A stretch of DNA of 64,000 bases from Tubulanus polymorphus (Eukaryota; Animalia; Nemertea), in contig NC_134027.1 in NCBI RefSeq assembly GCF_964204645.1, forward strand, positions 4,744,485-4,808,484, given 5' to 3'. This document shows, piece by piece, positions 24,090-37,300 of this stretch (position 1 is the first letter of the stretch; each line of letters begins with the position of its first letter). Below the pieces are notes generated by a model that ran no database searches, was not told where the DNA came from, and saw only the letters and a program-made list of their open reading frames with translations. A program made the translations under genes and the position numbers.

Positions 24090-27000
24090 ATGTTTGGGCA
24101 TCAGAATTCTCAATCAAAGTCAATATTTGCACCAACCCCAACAACAACGAATGTATCACCATCACTATCGGCATTTGGCCATGAACAAAGACAAAGTCAA
24201 ATTGGTTCTTCTGCTGTGTTTGCCTCCTCATCTGGATCCACCGGCACCAACTTTGGGGCAGTTTTCAACAGCAACCAGACACAGTCAACAGATCATTCTA
24301 TTTTTGCAAGTCCTGTAGCAACAACTCCAAGTTTTGGTACTCCACAAACTGGTTTATTGACGACTATTCCTTCACAAGCGAATCCTTTCGGAAGTGGTTC
24401 GTCCACAACTAGAACCAACACATCAGATGCAGTTCTTAGTACATCAGCATTCTCGGCAAATACACAGTCACTTTCAACTCGAGGAACAATGAATTCTGAT
24501 ATGTCTTCGGTTTTTAGCTCATTTAAATCTCCGACTTCAACATTTGCGTCGGGTATTGCACCGGCGTTCTCTGCTGGTAATGTTGATATGTTTGCCACTA
24601 TTAAACCTACTCAGTCAGAACCGACTAGCTCATTGTTATTCGGTAAGCCGAAAGAAAGTGCCATTGCTCTCCATACTAAACCCTTGTTTAGTGGTGTTAC
24701 CTCTACTCCGGGCGGAACTACCGTCTTTGCTAGTAAAAATCAGCCCAGTGCATCTATATTTGGTGGGAGCAAAACTGACAAATCAAAGACACCAAGTATA
24801 TTCGGTGGAACAGGATTGCAGCAGAAGACTGCGGGTTCTACTTCATTTCGTGAAACTGCGGGTGAACTTCCTGGAACTTCCAGCAAAATCACAAGCCCAG
24901 GGTTATTTGGTACAAAGGAAACTGGTCACTATGAAAGCTTGAACCCATCACCGACTGGTACAGGATTGTTTACTATGAAGCGACAGCCCAAACCTGCTAG
25001 TCCGCAAAAAACACCTGGTGCGTAGGTCCATTGCAATTATTTTTTGAATACTGAAACACTGTTACCAGTGATTATGGGGATTATTTATCTGATAAATTCT
25101 GTGCTTAGGTTCTGGTCTCTTTGGTAAAGTGAGTACTGATTCTTTACCATTGTTTGGCAAATATCCACCAATAGAAGATAAAAGAGAGAAATTAGATAGA
25201 CCTGATGTTTCCATTGATAAAGGAGCTCGTGAAAAAAATTTGGATGAATCTCCAGTTCCAAGTAAGTGTTTTAAGTCGCCAACTACTCTCGATGAAATAC
25301 CTGGTAAGCTGTAAGATAAGTTATGCCAAATCACAGGTTTAGGCAAATATTTCAAACTTAAACTTTTAGCAAAATGGTTGCCATGTATATTCTTCACATC
25401 TCAAAAATAATAGTTGCATATGAATATCCTATTTAAGCATTGTTTGGAAAGCCGGTAAGCCTATCGCACTCACTGGATGTTGACAGTAACATCGGTGAAA
25501 AGAAAAGTTTGATTCGAAGGCCAAGTAAGTTTGGTTTAAGTTGTCCGTTTTACTTTCAATCATATTCTGTATTCTTTAAGTATTCTTGTCTCTTGTTTCA
25601 TTTTACAGTAAAAAGTGGTAAATCAGCGTTGAGCTTTGGGTCAGAGATTGCTGGGAAAATTGTTCGCCGAAGTAAAAGTATTGTGGCAAGATCTAAAGAT
25701 GAGCCTTCACCGGGTACAGAGCAAATTCATAATTTCCAGAACTGATATCACTTGGTTGAGTTTTATCTGTTCTAATTCATTCCATAAATCTAATCTAGAT
25801 AAACCTAGACGCCGTTTGACAAGTGATGACATAACCTCCAAGGATTCCATTGTTGTGAAAGGGCTGCCTGCAGGAAAAAATGAACCAATATTCTTGAAGT
25901 CCTATTTCAGAAAATTTGGAGAAGTTGTAAGATGCTACCCTAATTTGAATAAAAAGTATGCGACAATTCATTTCAAAACGCATGTGAGTACCTAGCTATA
26001 GATACATAGCATTAGTGAATTGATACATAACATACCGGTAAGTCTATTAATCAATCTTCATAATCCTGATGTATCTGTTTTCTAGGAAGACGCGGCTAAA
26101 GCAAAAAAATCTGTTACAGTTAAAGGCATTCCAGGCACATCTATCTTCTGGGGTACTCACAATTTGAAAAGTATGTAGCGTTCTTGTCATACTCTATAGA
26201 TTTACATGGCTTGACTTCTATAACAAGTTAAAAATCCTAATTCAGAACAAGCCAGTACAGCTACTGCAAGGTTCTTGACTACTGCCGGTACATATAGTGA
26301 TGACGTCAATGATGAACTAAAGGGTATGATGACTAGTGATGATCAGATGAGGCTCTTAGAAAGACCAACAGAAATGACTAGACCATTAAGTAGATCCTCT
26401 GAATCCCCTACACCCAGTTCAAGTTTTTCACAGAGATCAAAATCCAGTACAGGTATCATCTATCTTACAATTTCAGTTACGTACATCATTTGCTGTCATG
26501 AACAATTTTGATAATGGTAGTATTTATGTTTTAGGAGGAGGTGCTGCATTACTTGGAGGTTTAAGAAATTCAGTTGGTTTTACTGCAAATGAACGTTGCG
26601 CAATACTTGATAATAGGGACAAGTTTGTAAGACAAGGTACAATAGGAGCTCAGAGACAGATAAAGTTCACTGTTTAATAAAACTGACGTGTTTGCTGCTG
26701 AAATTGAATAATTTTCTCCTGTTATTAGGAATTAAAAAAGAGGTCGATTTGTCAAAAGCTAAGGCAACAATTGGAACTTGTCCTGATATGTGTCCAGAGA
26801 AAGAGCGTTACTTGAGAGAAGATCGTAGAAGGTTGCATTTATATGAGATGATTCCTGGAACAGAACAGGTTGTGTATTGCTTTCATCCATTTCCAAATAT
26901 AAACATTAATTGATTTTATTGGCTGCCCTGTAAATGTAGATTCAGTTTGTCCTCAGTTTTATTCAATAGTTTTATTCAATGTCTTTCCTTTAATTTCAGT

Positions 27001-30000
27001 CGGGGCAGATGCCAAAATGCGACCATTCAAGAGCTGTCAAGGAATACAGTCGTTCTTCTGCTGATCAGGTATGAACTGCTATTTTCACCTGGTGATGTTG
27101 AATAGATTTATTCACGCTTTGAATTTGTGATCACCTGATTGCAGGAGGAACCTTTGCCACATGAATTACGTCCACCGCAAGTACTGGCAAAGACTATGAA
27201 CTATCTAATGAATCACATAATGGACAGAGGTGGCGATGGAATGTGGTCTGATTGGTATGATTTCTTATGGAATCGCACTCGTGGTATAAGAAAGGTACCT
27301 GTTTATCTGAAACTAAACTTTGGTCGTATTGGTCGCACTCTACCGGTACTTATTTCATGTTTCTATTATTTCATGTGTGTTTCCTGTAGGATATAACTCA
27401 GCAACATTTGTGTGACTTGACGTCAGTAGAGGTGGTTGAGAAGTGCGCACGTTTCCATATTTTCTGTGCCGAACGACTTTGCGAAGAAGACATGATGACT
27501 TTCGATGCGAAAATCAACAATGAAAATCTCACTAAATGTTTGCAAACGTTGAAGGAATTGTATCATGATCTCGACATGAAACAGAATATTCATTGCCCGA
27601 ATGAAGCTGAATTTCGTGGATATACAGTTTTAATGAACTTGAATCAGGGTGATACATTGAGGTAATGTTATCAATTCATGACTTAATAACATTGTATCAT
27701 TGTAGACTCTTTGTCTGACAGAATCTTTATTTTTCTTTCACAGGGAAGTTCAGACACTCCGCGATGAAATTCGTGAATCTTCTTTCATCAAGTTTGCGCT
27801 TTCAGCTTACGAGGCAATCAATAGTAACAACTATGTGCGGTTCTTCAAGCTAGTTCGCAAGGCCAGCTTTTTGAGTGCCTGTATCATGCATCGTTACTTC
27901 AATCAAGTTAGGGATCAAGCTGTTATGGTGATGCTCCGTGCATTTAAACCTATTCAGGTAGATTTTAAACTGCAGAAGGATCCACACTCACATTATTAAA
28001 ATCTAAACCTGTATTCAACAAGTTCAATCATTATGTTTATTTTCAGTTTCCTGCTCAAGACTTTGCGCGAATGTTGGCATTTGATGGCGAGGATGACTTA
28101 GAGAACTTTTGTAACCATCATAGAATTCAGCTGGAATATGGCACTATTTCTTGCGATCGAGCAAACTATTCTTGCCCAGAGTCGGCGTTTGTGCCGTGCC
28201 GTTCAAAAATCATTGAGGAAAAACTGACATGTTCTGTGGGTGAAGTAAGTACTACACAGAGATACAACGATAATGATTTGTGAGGACTTATGATTGACAG
28301 AATTTTATCATACTCGTAGATCGTGAATGGTGGACGTCTGCCAGGGAATTTTATACCGCAGCCAAGTAGTAGCTTTGATGAGCAAGGTAGATTCATCGAG
28401 CAACTCGGTGGTTCAGGTAATTCAAATACTGTTATACCGTTTGTTGCATATATGTGGTTGTAAACTTATACGTGTATAGATAATTAACACTGTATTTTGA
28501 AACAGATCCATCAGCTTATGTAGAAGATCGAGAATTTGATTCAACTGTGAAACCAATCCAAACAATCTCTACTGTATCGTCAACGCATGAACAACAATTC
28601 CCTGTGCAATCTACCTCTGCTAATAGACTATTGGAGCTATACTCAAATGAGGTTTGAATTTTCCATTTTCACATCGCGTGGTAGAGCTGTCTTATTTTGT
28701 CTCATACACTGATGTCTATATTTTCTATTAAAACAGTCAATAAATCAGGAGGCTAAAGAGTTGTTCAGAGAAATAATTGCAGAGTTTTGTCATGAAGTCA
28801 GTAGTAGCGCCGTGAAAGCAGCTGATATCTACTTGAGTCAGGCCCATGGAATAATGGAATCAATAGTGAATGAAGTATCTGATGCACTCTCTAGGTAAAC
28901 CATGATTTCAATTATTTCATCCATAAAAGTACTCGTGGTTCTCAAACATTTTCTGTATGGTTTCAGTGAAGTGGGCCACGTGTTTCACGAAGCAGAAGCT
29001 GCCAGGAAAAAGGAAGAAGAACAAGTGCGGGTTCTGCAAAAACGTCTGATGGAAAAGAAACTGAGAGAGGAGCGAGAACGTGATGAAATGATTAGTAAAA
29101 TGACTGATGAGCTCTTCCAGGAAGTTATTGATTCGGTTATTGTTGATGGAGTACATGATGTAGCGCAAAAACAATACAAGTAAGTTGTTGCTACTGTTCG
29201 CACGCACCTTAGAATGATACCTACCTAGAACCTGTTACAAACTATGAGTGTCTATTTGTCTACGCTGGGATATTATCATCAGTGATTTTGATGTTTTATT
29301 TTTCAAGATTGGTGAAATTCCAATTGAATGAAGAAAGTAAGCAGCGCAGCACAGATTTGATTTGTAATAAAATTGTGGATGATGTAGTCGGAAATATACT
29401 GGGGGAAGTCGCATCGGAAAGATACTCTCTCTGTCTGCGAAAAGAGGGACTGGAAAAAATTGGACGCCAAGTTCACCGACTTCGTTTATTCCGCTTTTAC
29501 AAACGTTGGCAAACCTGTCTCTCAAAGTGTCAACGGGCGAAACGTGTTCTGCAAGAATTCCCAGCAGCTCCGTGCATGAAAACTGCGAGTGAACAGGTCG
29601 AAGATTTCTATCCGCGATTCGGTCAGAAGCAGATCAATAAACGAGCATTTCAAATAGATGACAACAGTTCTCTAACAATCAACACGTTAGACACAATAGA
29701 AAAACAGAACAAAATCTGGAACATGAAACAACAACTGTATAATTTTGTGACGCGCATGAAACGTGAAATGTCATGGAGGCCATTGGATTTACCAAAAGTG
29801 GTTGGACCTATATTATTAGAACGGAGATTAAAAGAAACAGCGCTGACAACATTTTCTTGTATCGGTATGGAAGCATAAAATGAGATACAACCCTAACAAA
29901 AAGAACTTGATATTAAGAACATGATATTTTTCATTGTCCTTATGTACAGATGTAATGCATTTATTGTATTCATATTTCAGAAGATACTGTATATTGGAAG

Positions 30001-32555
30001 CTATTACTTTTTTGGCCAGGCAAGGCAGATGAAGATGACTTGCTTTTCAACTGGGGCAAAATTAGATTCGGATGTACTGATCCTGAAACGCATAAATCGG
30101 TTAGTCTTAGAGAAAATATCAAAAAGATTTTGACTGTTTAAAATGGACATGTGCTTTTAACCAGATGTAACTGATTTGTTCCAGCAGACGGATGTTTTAA
30201 CACAAGTGACATCACAGTTAAAAGGCAAACGTGTTCAGATTTGTGTTCGTTTGTTGTGTGGTTCAACCGAAGACATGGATCAAGATATGACTGAATCGAT
30301 TCTGTCCGGCATTGATGGTGTTGTGCTGATCCTAGGAACATCGCAGAGCGATAAGGTTAGGACCGGGTTATGAAATAAGTTTTGATAAGTCCTCTTATTG
30401 CATTAGTATTGTAAATATAATTGTTAACATCTTCTGATTGAAGGTTGGTAGAATATCGCAGTGTATATCAGCTTTATTACCAGAGTTGAATGAAGTTCCG
30501 GTTGCAGTATTGACCGAAACGGCTGTGCCACATGATCTGCTTAAATCTGTCAAAGATGAATTAGAATGCGGCATAGAGAGGAATGTGCCAATATATAAAC
30601 TTGGTGATTTACACGAATTACGCGCTTCTGAACAAGTAAGTTCACATACTTTCCAGCAGATGGTTTTTTAGTAGATATGCCCATTAGAATCATACACAAA
30701 TGCACTATTTGTATTTTTAGTTGTGTGAATGTCTTCATTGGTTGATTCATCATTGTCCAACACCTCCGCAACTTGAGTCTCGTATGATCAGAGATTATAT
30801 CGATGATGGACTTGTGAAGTTTTTCTTCACTCCTCTATATCAGAATTTATCAGCTAGAAAAAAGAAAGGCTTACTTCACCAGGTATACACAACCTTTTTA
30901 ATGAATGTTCCTTACTAATATTGCAAATATGTGATTGTTGTCTTATTTCTCTTTAAGCCACCACAACTGATTATAGATCTCTACCAACACGCTTTAGAGC
31001 ATATTGCTGAGGTTGTCTCTGATGCAGATTTGGAGGCATTAACATGGCCGGCTGCTGAGTTTGCAAACAAATATGGTAAGTCAAATAATTTCCATTGGCA
31101 AGTTCACTGTCTGTTACAGTATATGGAATGTAAATGAAATGGTTTTATTATATCTTCAGGTTTGCCAGCATTTGACTGGAATTCGATGGATAACTTGGAA
31201 ATTATAAAGCAAATGATTTTTACTCTGTCACTGCCTGAGTTTGAAATAAAAGACACAGATAGTGAAGATTGGGACCTAGCTGTACAGGATGTTTGGAAAT
31301 ACATTAAGGCTATCTCATATCAAGATCCAGAAGCTGATAAAACAATTCTTTACTCTAGGTAAAATCGATAAACAACCAGCGCATGTTCTCTTAAAATCTA
31401 GTAATCTAAGACTTGCAACATTTCTATTGTGCAGAATTTCATGGTTGTTGCGAAAGGTAAAGAATGAATTTGAAGACTTCTGTTTTTTGACGGAGCGAAA
31501 AAATGACTGTGATCCTTGTTATGTGAATATTCCCTGGACTGAAGTTATTGTAGCTTGTGTCGAACATCAAGTTAGAAACTTTGATTGCTGTGATCCAACA
31601 TCTGATAGGGTATGTTATGAATATATATGACAAATACTGGTAAGAACTTTTTGCTTGTGTGTATAATTCGCCCGTCGTCTTTGTTATAAAGGAGGATGTT
31701 GAAATGGTTGTTCTGTATAAGAAAGATGCATTTGAAAAGTATCATTTACCAGCATCATGGTTGTTAACATTAGAAGAGAAATCAGAGAAGGGTAAGTTTT
31801 TTGCTGTTTTCTTGATTGGTTGTTAGCTTGAGTTTGTAAACTATAAATAAGGACATTTCTGTATGAAATTTCCAAGACACTGTGGCAGTATCTGTTGTTC
31901 AGATGCATTATTTTTATCCTCCTTCCTGTACTGTGTGTATGATATTTCAGTTGATACAACTTTACGACGAACATTCTCAAGAGCTGCAAAAAGGAAATTC
32001 GACCATTCTTTAACAGAAAATAGTTCAGACACTATAAAACGACAACAGAAGAATGTTGGTCATCAGATGGGCAACTTATTCGAATTTTTGCCCTTGGATC
32101 CATTGGAGGTCTCTGCCAATGAAACTTTAATAGAACTACAAGAAAGTATACAAGAGGAAAAGAAAGAAATGGCTGAATATGAAAAATATTTACAAGAAAT
32201 TGTTAAAGAGGGTGAACTGCCATTAGATTTGTCTCTAATGAGAATGGGTGCCAGTAGCTCTATTGGTCCTGTTGTTTCAAGGAGTTATTTACAAATGCCA
32301 ACTTCAATTTTTGAGAGTTCAATTCATTCTTCTAAGAAACGAAATATAAGACCGGAACCTATTGAAATCAAAACCACTCCGGAGAAGGAATTAAGTTTTT
32401 CTGAGAAAGTTGATAAATTGATGTCGGATATAAATTCAGAAAGACGCTCGAGTGCTATGTTAGAAATGAAATTAAAGGCAGCAGTATTACAAGGCGACTT
32501 TCTCAATAAAACTGACTCGATCAATATAAATAGTACACAGAGCTTCAACCTTTAA
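24090..32555 (+). CDS. MCM3AP: Germinal-center associated nuclear protein (GANP/SAC3/Xmas-2; TREX-2 scaffold), multi-exon
   Basis: N-terminal S/T-rich FG/FGK repeat region (24090-25525), RRM-like segment ([30 protein letters not shown]), and SAC3/GANP domain ([105 protein letters not shown]). Followed by a helical CID-like region and a C-terminal domain (FPAAP, WRPLDL, VYWKLLL). Stop at 32553-32555. Confidence 0.93.
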
Positions 32556-32909
32556 TATGTAATTGAAAACTGAAATGGATATGTAGAATTCAATGCATGT
32601 AATAATAACTGGTAGATTAGAATTCTTGTGTACATGCTATCATGTATTTATGATTTGGCATTTTTTTGTAATAAAGATAAAGTATATTCATTTATTGATT
32701 TCAAAAGTAAATCATTGCCATTGCTTCTTCTCAAATGCTCAAGGAATACTTCACTTGAGCGAACAAAAATCAACTAAAATCAAATCGTAATATGAAAAGG
32801 ATCAAATTTATTTACAATAAATAGTTAGTTTACTTTGTTTCATTACAAAGCAAATAGACGGATAATTTATAGTAACGTATCATATTAAGAATGCGACGAA
32901 AGACTGGTT

Positions 32910-33839
32910 TCAAAGACTGTAAGTGGCTGATAATTTCTCCAATCCTCTTTTTCTGGAACAACAAAAAATCAAACACGAGTTAATTGGCAACACACTAATG
33001 ATCCAAAAACTTTGGAGATTTATCTTAAAAGAATGAAGAACTTACGCCTCTTTCTTGAATGCGTCTATTGGAATTTGATTGATATCACCTCCTGCTGGAT
33101 GCAGGTCATAATTCTGAATACCAAGAGTCTCTAAAGCTATAACACATGAGAAACAATCGAATCAATTTTGAGTTTTGAAAAGAAAGAGAATTCTAATTTT
33201 GAAGCAAATGGCTATCATTGTCATTGAATCTTACCATCCCTATACTGTTGTATCGTAATGTATCCCTGATTTGTTGGATCTAGCATACCAAATATGGAGT
33301 CAACGTTAGCATCATCAAAAAGACATGGATAATCCAAATGGCTTTTCTTTGCAACTTGGAGCTTGTCAAGATAATTTATGAGAAATTCTCTTGGATTAGC
33401 TGTAATTTGGAAAAATACTGAACTGAGTTCTATATTAATCATTTTTTAGCAAATATATAACACTAACAGCAGGATTAAACCAAAATATCGAACATGGGGG
33501 AGACCAGTGTCTACAGCAACAGCAGCAGCAGCAGGGCCTCTGAATGAGACGCATACTCAGTTTGTAACTAAGTATCGTCTCTCCAGCCGGCATAATCTCA
33601 ATCTCAGGAGATCGAGAGAACTCCATCGACCGTCATCGACATCCCCCATCACCGGTGTGTCAAGAGTGGAATCTTTGAAAATAGCTGTCCCTGAAATATG
33701 AAGATTAATCAAACGACTTGCCTGGCCTATGGTAAATCAACTGACTGCTCATATTATTAAATAATTCAATAAGTTTGTGTTGTTTTAGATATGATTGAGC
33801 CTCCGCAATTCGGGGCCAGTCCTCTCTATCGCCCGCCAT
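32910..33839 (-). CDS. EFCAB10: EF-hand calcium-binding domain-containing protein 10 (RIIa/DD-like + EF-hand), 4 coding exons
   Basis: Exons 33839-33722, 33399-33235, 33136-33046 and 32952-32910 give MAGDRE..EAQSYLKQHKLIELFNNMSSQLIYHRPANPREFLINYLDKL..CLFDDANVDSIFGMLDPTNQGYITIQQYRDALETLGI..FKKEAKRGLEKLSATYSL*. Intron 1 uses a GC donor (AG|GCAAGT). Confidence 0.88.
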
Positions 33840-34095
33840 GTTGTTTTCATTAGTTACGCCAACAAAACTCGTTGACGGAATGTTGTAGCCGCTGAAAAAA
33901 TAAAGAGTTATTGAAACAATAAAATAATTTTGAAATTCCAACAAAATTATTATTAATACAGGTATTCTTGATGTAAATCCATTAAAAGTGCTGAATACTA
34001 TGGCAGATCTAATGCCATCAACATTTCAGATGTCATTTAGGTATTTAGTCAGTGATTAGAGTGCTCGTGTGACACATTCCGCGCTCATTTCCTGA

Positions 34096-34186
34096 CCAAT
34101 CAGAGCAAGGACCGCGCCCAACTGCAGACATCTGATTGGCTGGTGAGGTACATGACATAGAATTTGCATGGAAATTCAAATTCAAA
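34096..34186. promoter_or_regulatory. Bidirectional EFCAB10/COG5 promoter core: inverted CCAAT (NF-Y) pair, octamer, tandem TTCAAA
   Basis: CCAATCAGA (34096-34104) and TCTGATTGG (34131-34139) in opposite orientation, ATTTGCAT at 34162-34169 and TTCAAA x2 at 34175-34186, between divergent ATGs only 533 bp apart. Confidence 0.55.
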
Positions 34187-34371
34187 TTTATTCATTAAAA
34201 ACAAGTATTTCAGATATAAAAATTATTGCGAATGTTAAAAGATCTATGCAGATTATATCGTTACAAAAATGAAAAATCAAATCTGAACATAAATGTAAAT
34301 CACTAATCAGAAATTTTACGCTATAAATGTTTAGGTTCGAATCTCACATATGTGAGTCTAGAAGTGTCAAA

Positions 34372-37300
34372 ATGGAGTCTGATGATGTGTTATTTCGACT
34401 GGAATATGATGGTAATTTACAATAACACTCATTTAATCATCTGATGATGGAATCTATTGCGGTTTCTGTGTTTAACTATACCTATTCTACGGGGTTACCA
34501 ACTGTCGTGTTGGTTTGGTTCTTATTCTGTGTGCAAATTAAACTAAATGTGTCGAACGAATGTCATGAATCTGGTCACCTTAATTATCGCATAAAACCTA
34601 TTTTCTTTTTAAATTGTAGAAGCGTATAAGCAGTTTTTAGAGGAAGACTTTGATGCTAAAACATACGCGACCAAAGCGATCCAGGGAGCTGCAATATCTG
34701 CACAGTTGGCTAAATTAGCAGAAGGAATTAATTTGTTAGATAAAGAATTACATTCTCAGGTGACTTGAGTACGGCTGGACTGGAAGGAAACTTTTCACTC
34801 TCTCTACCATCTTTCTTTCATCACCACCTTACCTGTTATCATTAGCTGATGAATGATTTTGCAATCTCGTTTTAGGTTGTAGCACATCATGAAGATCTGC
34901 TCTCTCAAGCAACGGGAGTTGAAACGTTGGAAGGTGTTCTGCAAATGATGCAAACTAGGATTCATTCCCTTCTTATGGCTGTTGAAAGGTATTAACAAAG
35001 AAAATCTGTTCAGTTATATTCAAAATGTTCAAATGACAAGGATTATTCAATGTAAACTTTATTCCAATCTTTTCAGAATAAAATCTAAGATTACTGAGCC
35101 TTATAACAAGGTGACAAGTCGGACAGCGCAGTTACGCAGATTACAGGTTAGATTCATTTCTCGATTCATCAAAAGAATTCACATTTATCCGTTAATATGG
35201 AATTTTCTTTCCCTACTTCAGGAAACCTGTGACCTGCTGAGAAGAATCATTAGAATTGTTTATTTGAGTAGACGTTTACATAGTCAACTACAGGGTGGAG
35301 TGAGAGAAATTACTAAAGCTGCTCAAAGTCTCAATGAATTAGGTCAATATTCTTTGCTAGCAGAATGATTGAGTGAAAAACAACTTAGTTGACTATAGAC
35401 CATATCTGTGAATATGTTACTTTTCAGATTTTCTCTCAGAAGGGGTAGATTTAAGTGGAATTGAAATTTTGGAACAGGATCGTCGATTTATTAGACAAGC
35501 ACGGAATGAAGTAGAAGCTCAAGCCCAAAAAATGCTTGCACAAGGCATGGAAACCCAGGTATCGATAGTCAAAAAGTCAAAATGTCTTGTAATCATTAGA
35601 AGGCTGCTATTTCTCTACATATTGTACTTCGAATGTATCTATTTCAGAATCAAACGCAAGTTGCAACATCGCTGCAAGTTTTTCATAATTTAACTTGTCT
35701 GCGACCGACTATTGAAAAAGTAGTGAATGATTGTCTGAAACAGTTGAATAAATGTGTGAAATCTTCGGTTGACGTGAAATCACTCTCACAACAAACTCAA
35801 ACAAAAGGTATCGTGTCATAGTGACTCAGAAAGTTAATGCTATTCCAATCGTTATGACGTTCATTGATCAGACATGAATTTATCAATCTTCAGGAGGTCC
35901 TGGTAAAGCAAGTATGCCAGTGACAGGGACAAATGCAGCATTCAGGGCTGGGTTGTGGACTAACCTAGAAAAACTGATGGATAATATTTATTCGGCATGC
36001 GCACAAGTGCAACATTTACAGAGAGTTTTAGAGAAGAAAAGAGACCCTGTCACTCATGTTTGTTTCATTGAAGAGTTATCAAAGGTGCTCTGCATTATGA
36101 AATCAATGAATGAAAAATGATCTTTCAAAACATTAAAAGTATTCCCAAATTGATTTTTGGTTATTTTTCTTTTCAGGATAAACCTGTCAATATTCTTCAT
36201 GAATTTTGGCACGATGTGACTGATATGCTAACGAATGAATTTGCTGAAGCTGCAGACGGTTAGTCTAAAATATTCCATGATATTCATATCCTTGCAATCA
36301 TAGATTTTATTTTGTGAAACGTTTATGCATCAGCAAAGGTAAAACTGTGGTTTTCAGAGTCGACCTTTATAAAGCAGGCATTTGAGGGAGAATATCCGAA
36401 GTTATTGCGTCTGTATAATGATTTATGGAAGCGAATTCAACAGTTTAGTAACAGTATGAGCGTACATCAGGAGGTCGTCTTACACGATGAACCCACATCG
36501 GTATCGGCGTCAGAAATCGCTGATGAATTTAAGTAAGTTCTTACCTTCCAAAACTTCCATGAATTTGATTTTATGAATCATGTGTTCGGATTTATTTCAG
36601 CCCTGAACAAGCGTTACGAAACAGTCTGTCATTATTTGAGAACGCGTATCTATCGCGATCTCTTTCGCGGTTGTTCGATCCGATTAATCTGGTATTTCCT
36701 AGCGGTTCAACCACTCCACCAACCACTGAAGAGGTCGAAGGCATTGCTAAAACAATCGCGAGGTGATATTTCACATTCATTAGATTAATATCCTGAATAT
36801 ATGTCCGATTATATAGCGTCTTAATTAGTAATATTTTGTTTGTAGTGAACTGTATGTTGGTAATGTGGATACTGGATTGAGTATAACTGTTGCTAAAAAT
36901 GTAGCGAAAACTATTCAGTTGTACGCTGTCAAATGTGAACAGCTGGTGAGTCAATCATGAAATTGCTGAATAGATAAAAAGCCTTATCTGATGTTTTAAA
37001 ATATCATCTTCTTTGCAGTTATGTTTGGATGGTGATGGCAGTCAAGTGATAGGTCCACCCACTCCCGGACAGCAGTGTAATGTTGCTTTGGTCAATACAT
37101 TATTTTCATTCCATCAAGCTGTATCTAAGGTAATTTGAGACATACTTTCTTTGGCAAAGAACCCAGCCTTATAATTTGAACCTTGGCTCAGTGAACACTT
37201 ATTTTACATTTTAGGTTTTATCAGGTGTAGCTCACTTATCTACTGAAGCTATGGAAGCTATGCAGTCGGCTCTTGAGGTGTGTTCGTAGTTTAAATTTTC

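Noticed and set aside
33435-33626. Minus-strand ORF with seven consecutive cysteines
   Set aside because: The poly-Cys is just the CTG microsatellite, and the ORF cannot splice in frame to the next EFCAB10 exon. The region is reported as a structured intron instead.
34334-34345. GGTTCGAATCTC B-box-like motif before the COG5 ATG
   Set aside because: No A-box or tRNA cloverleaf; isolated motif.
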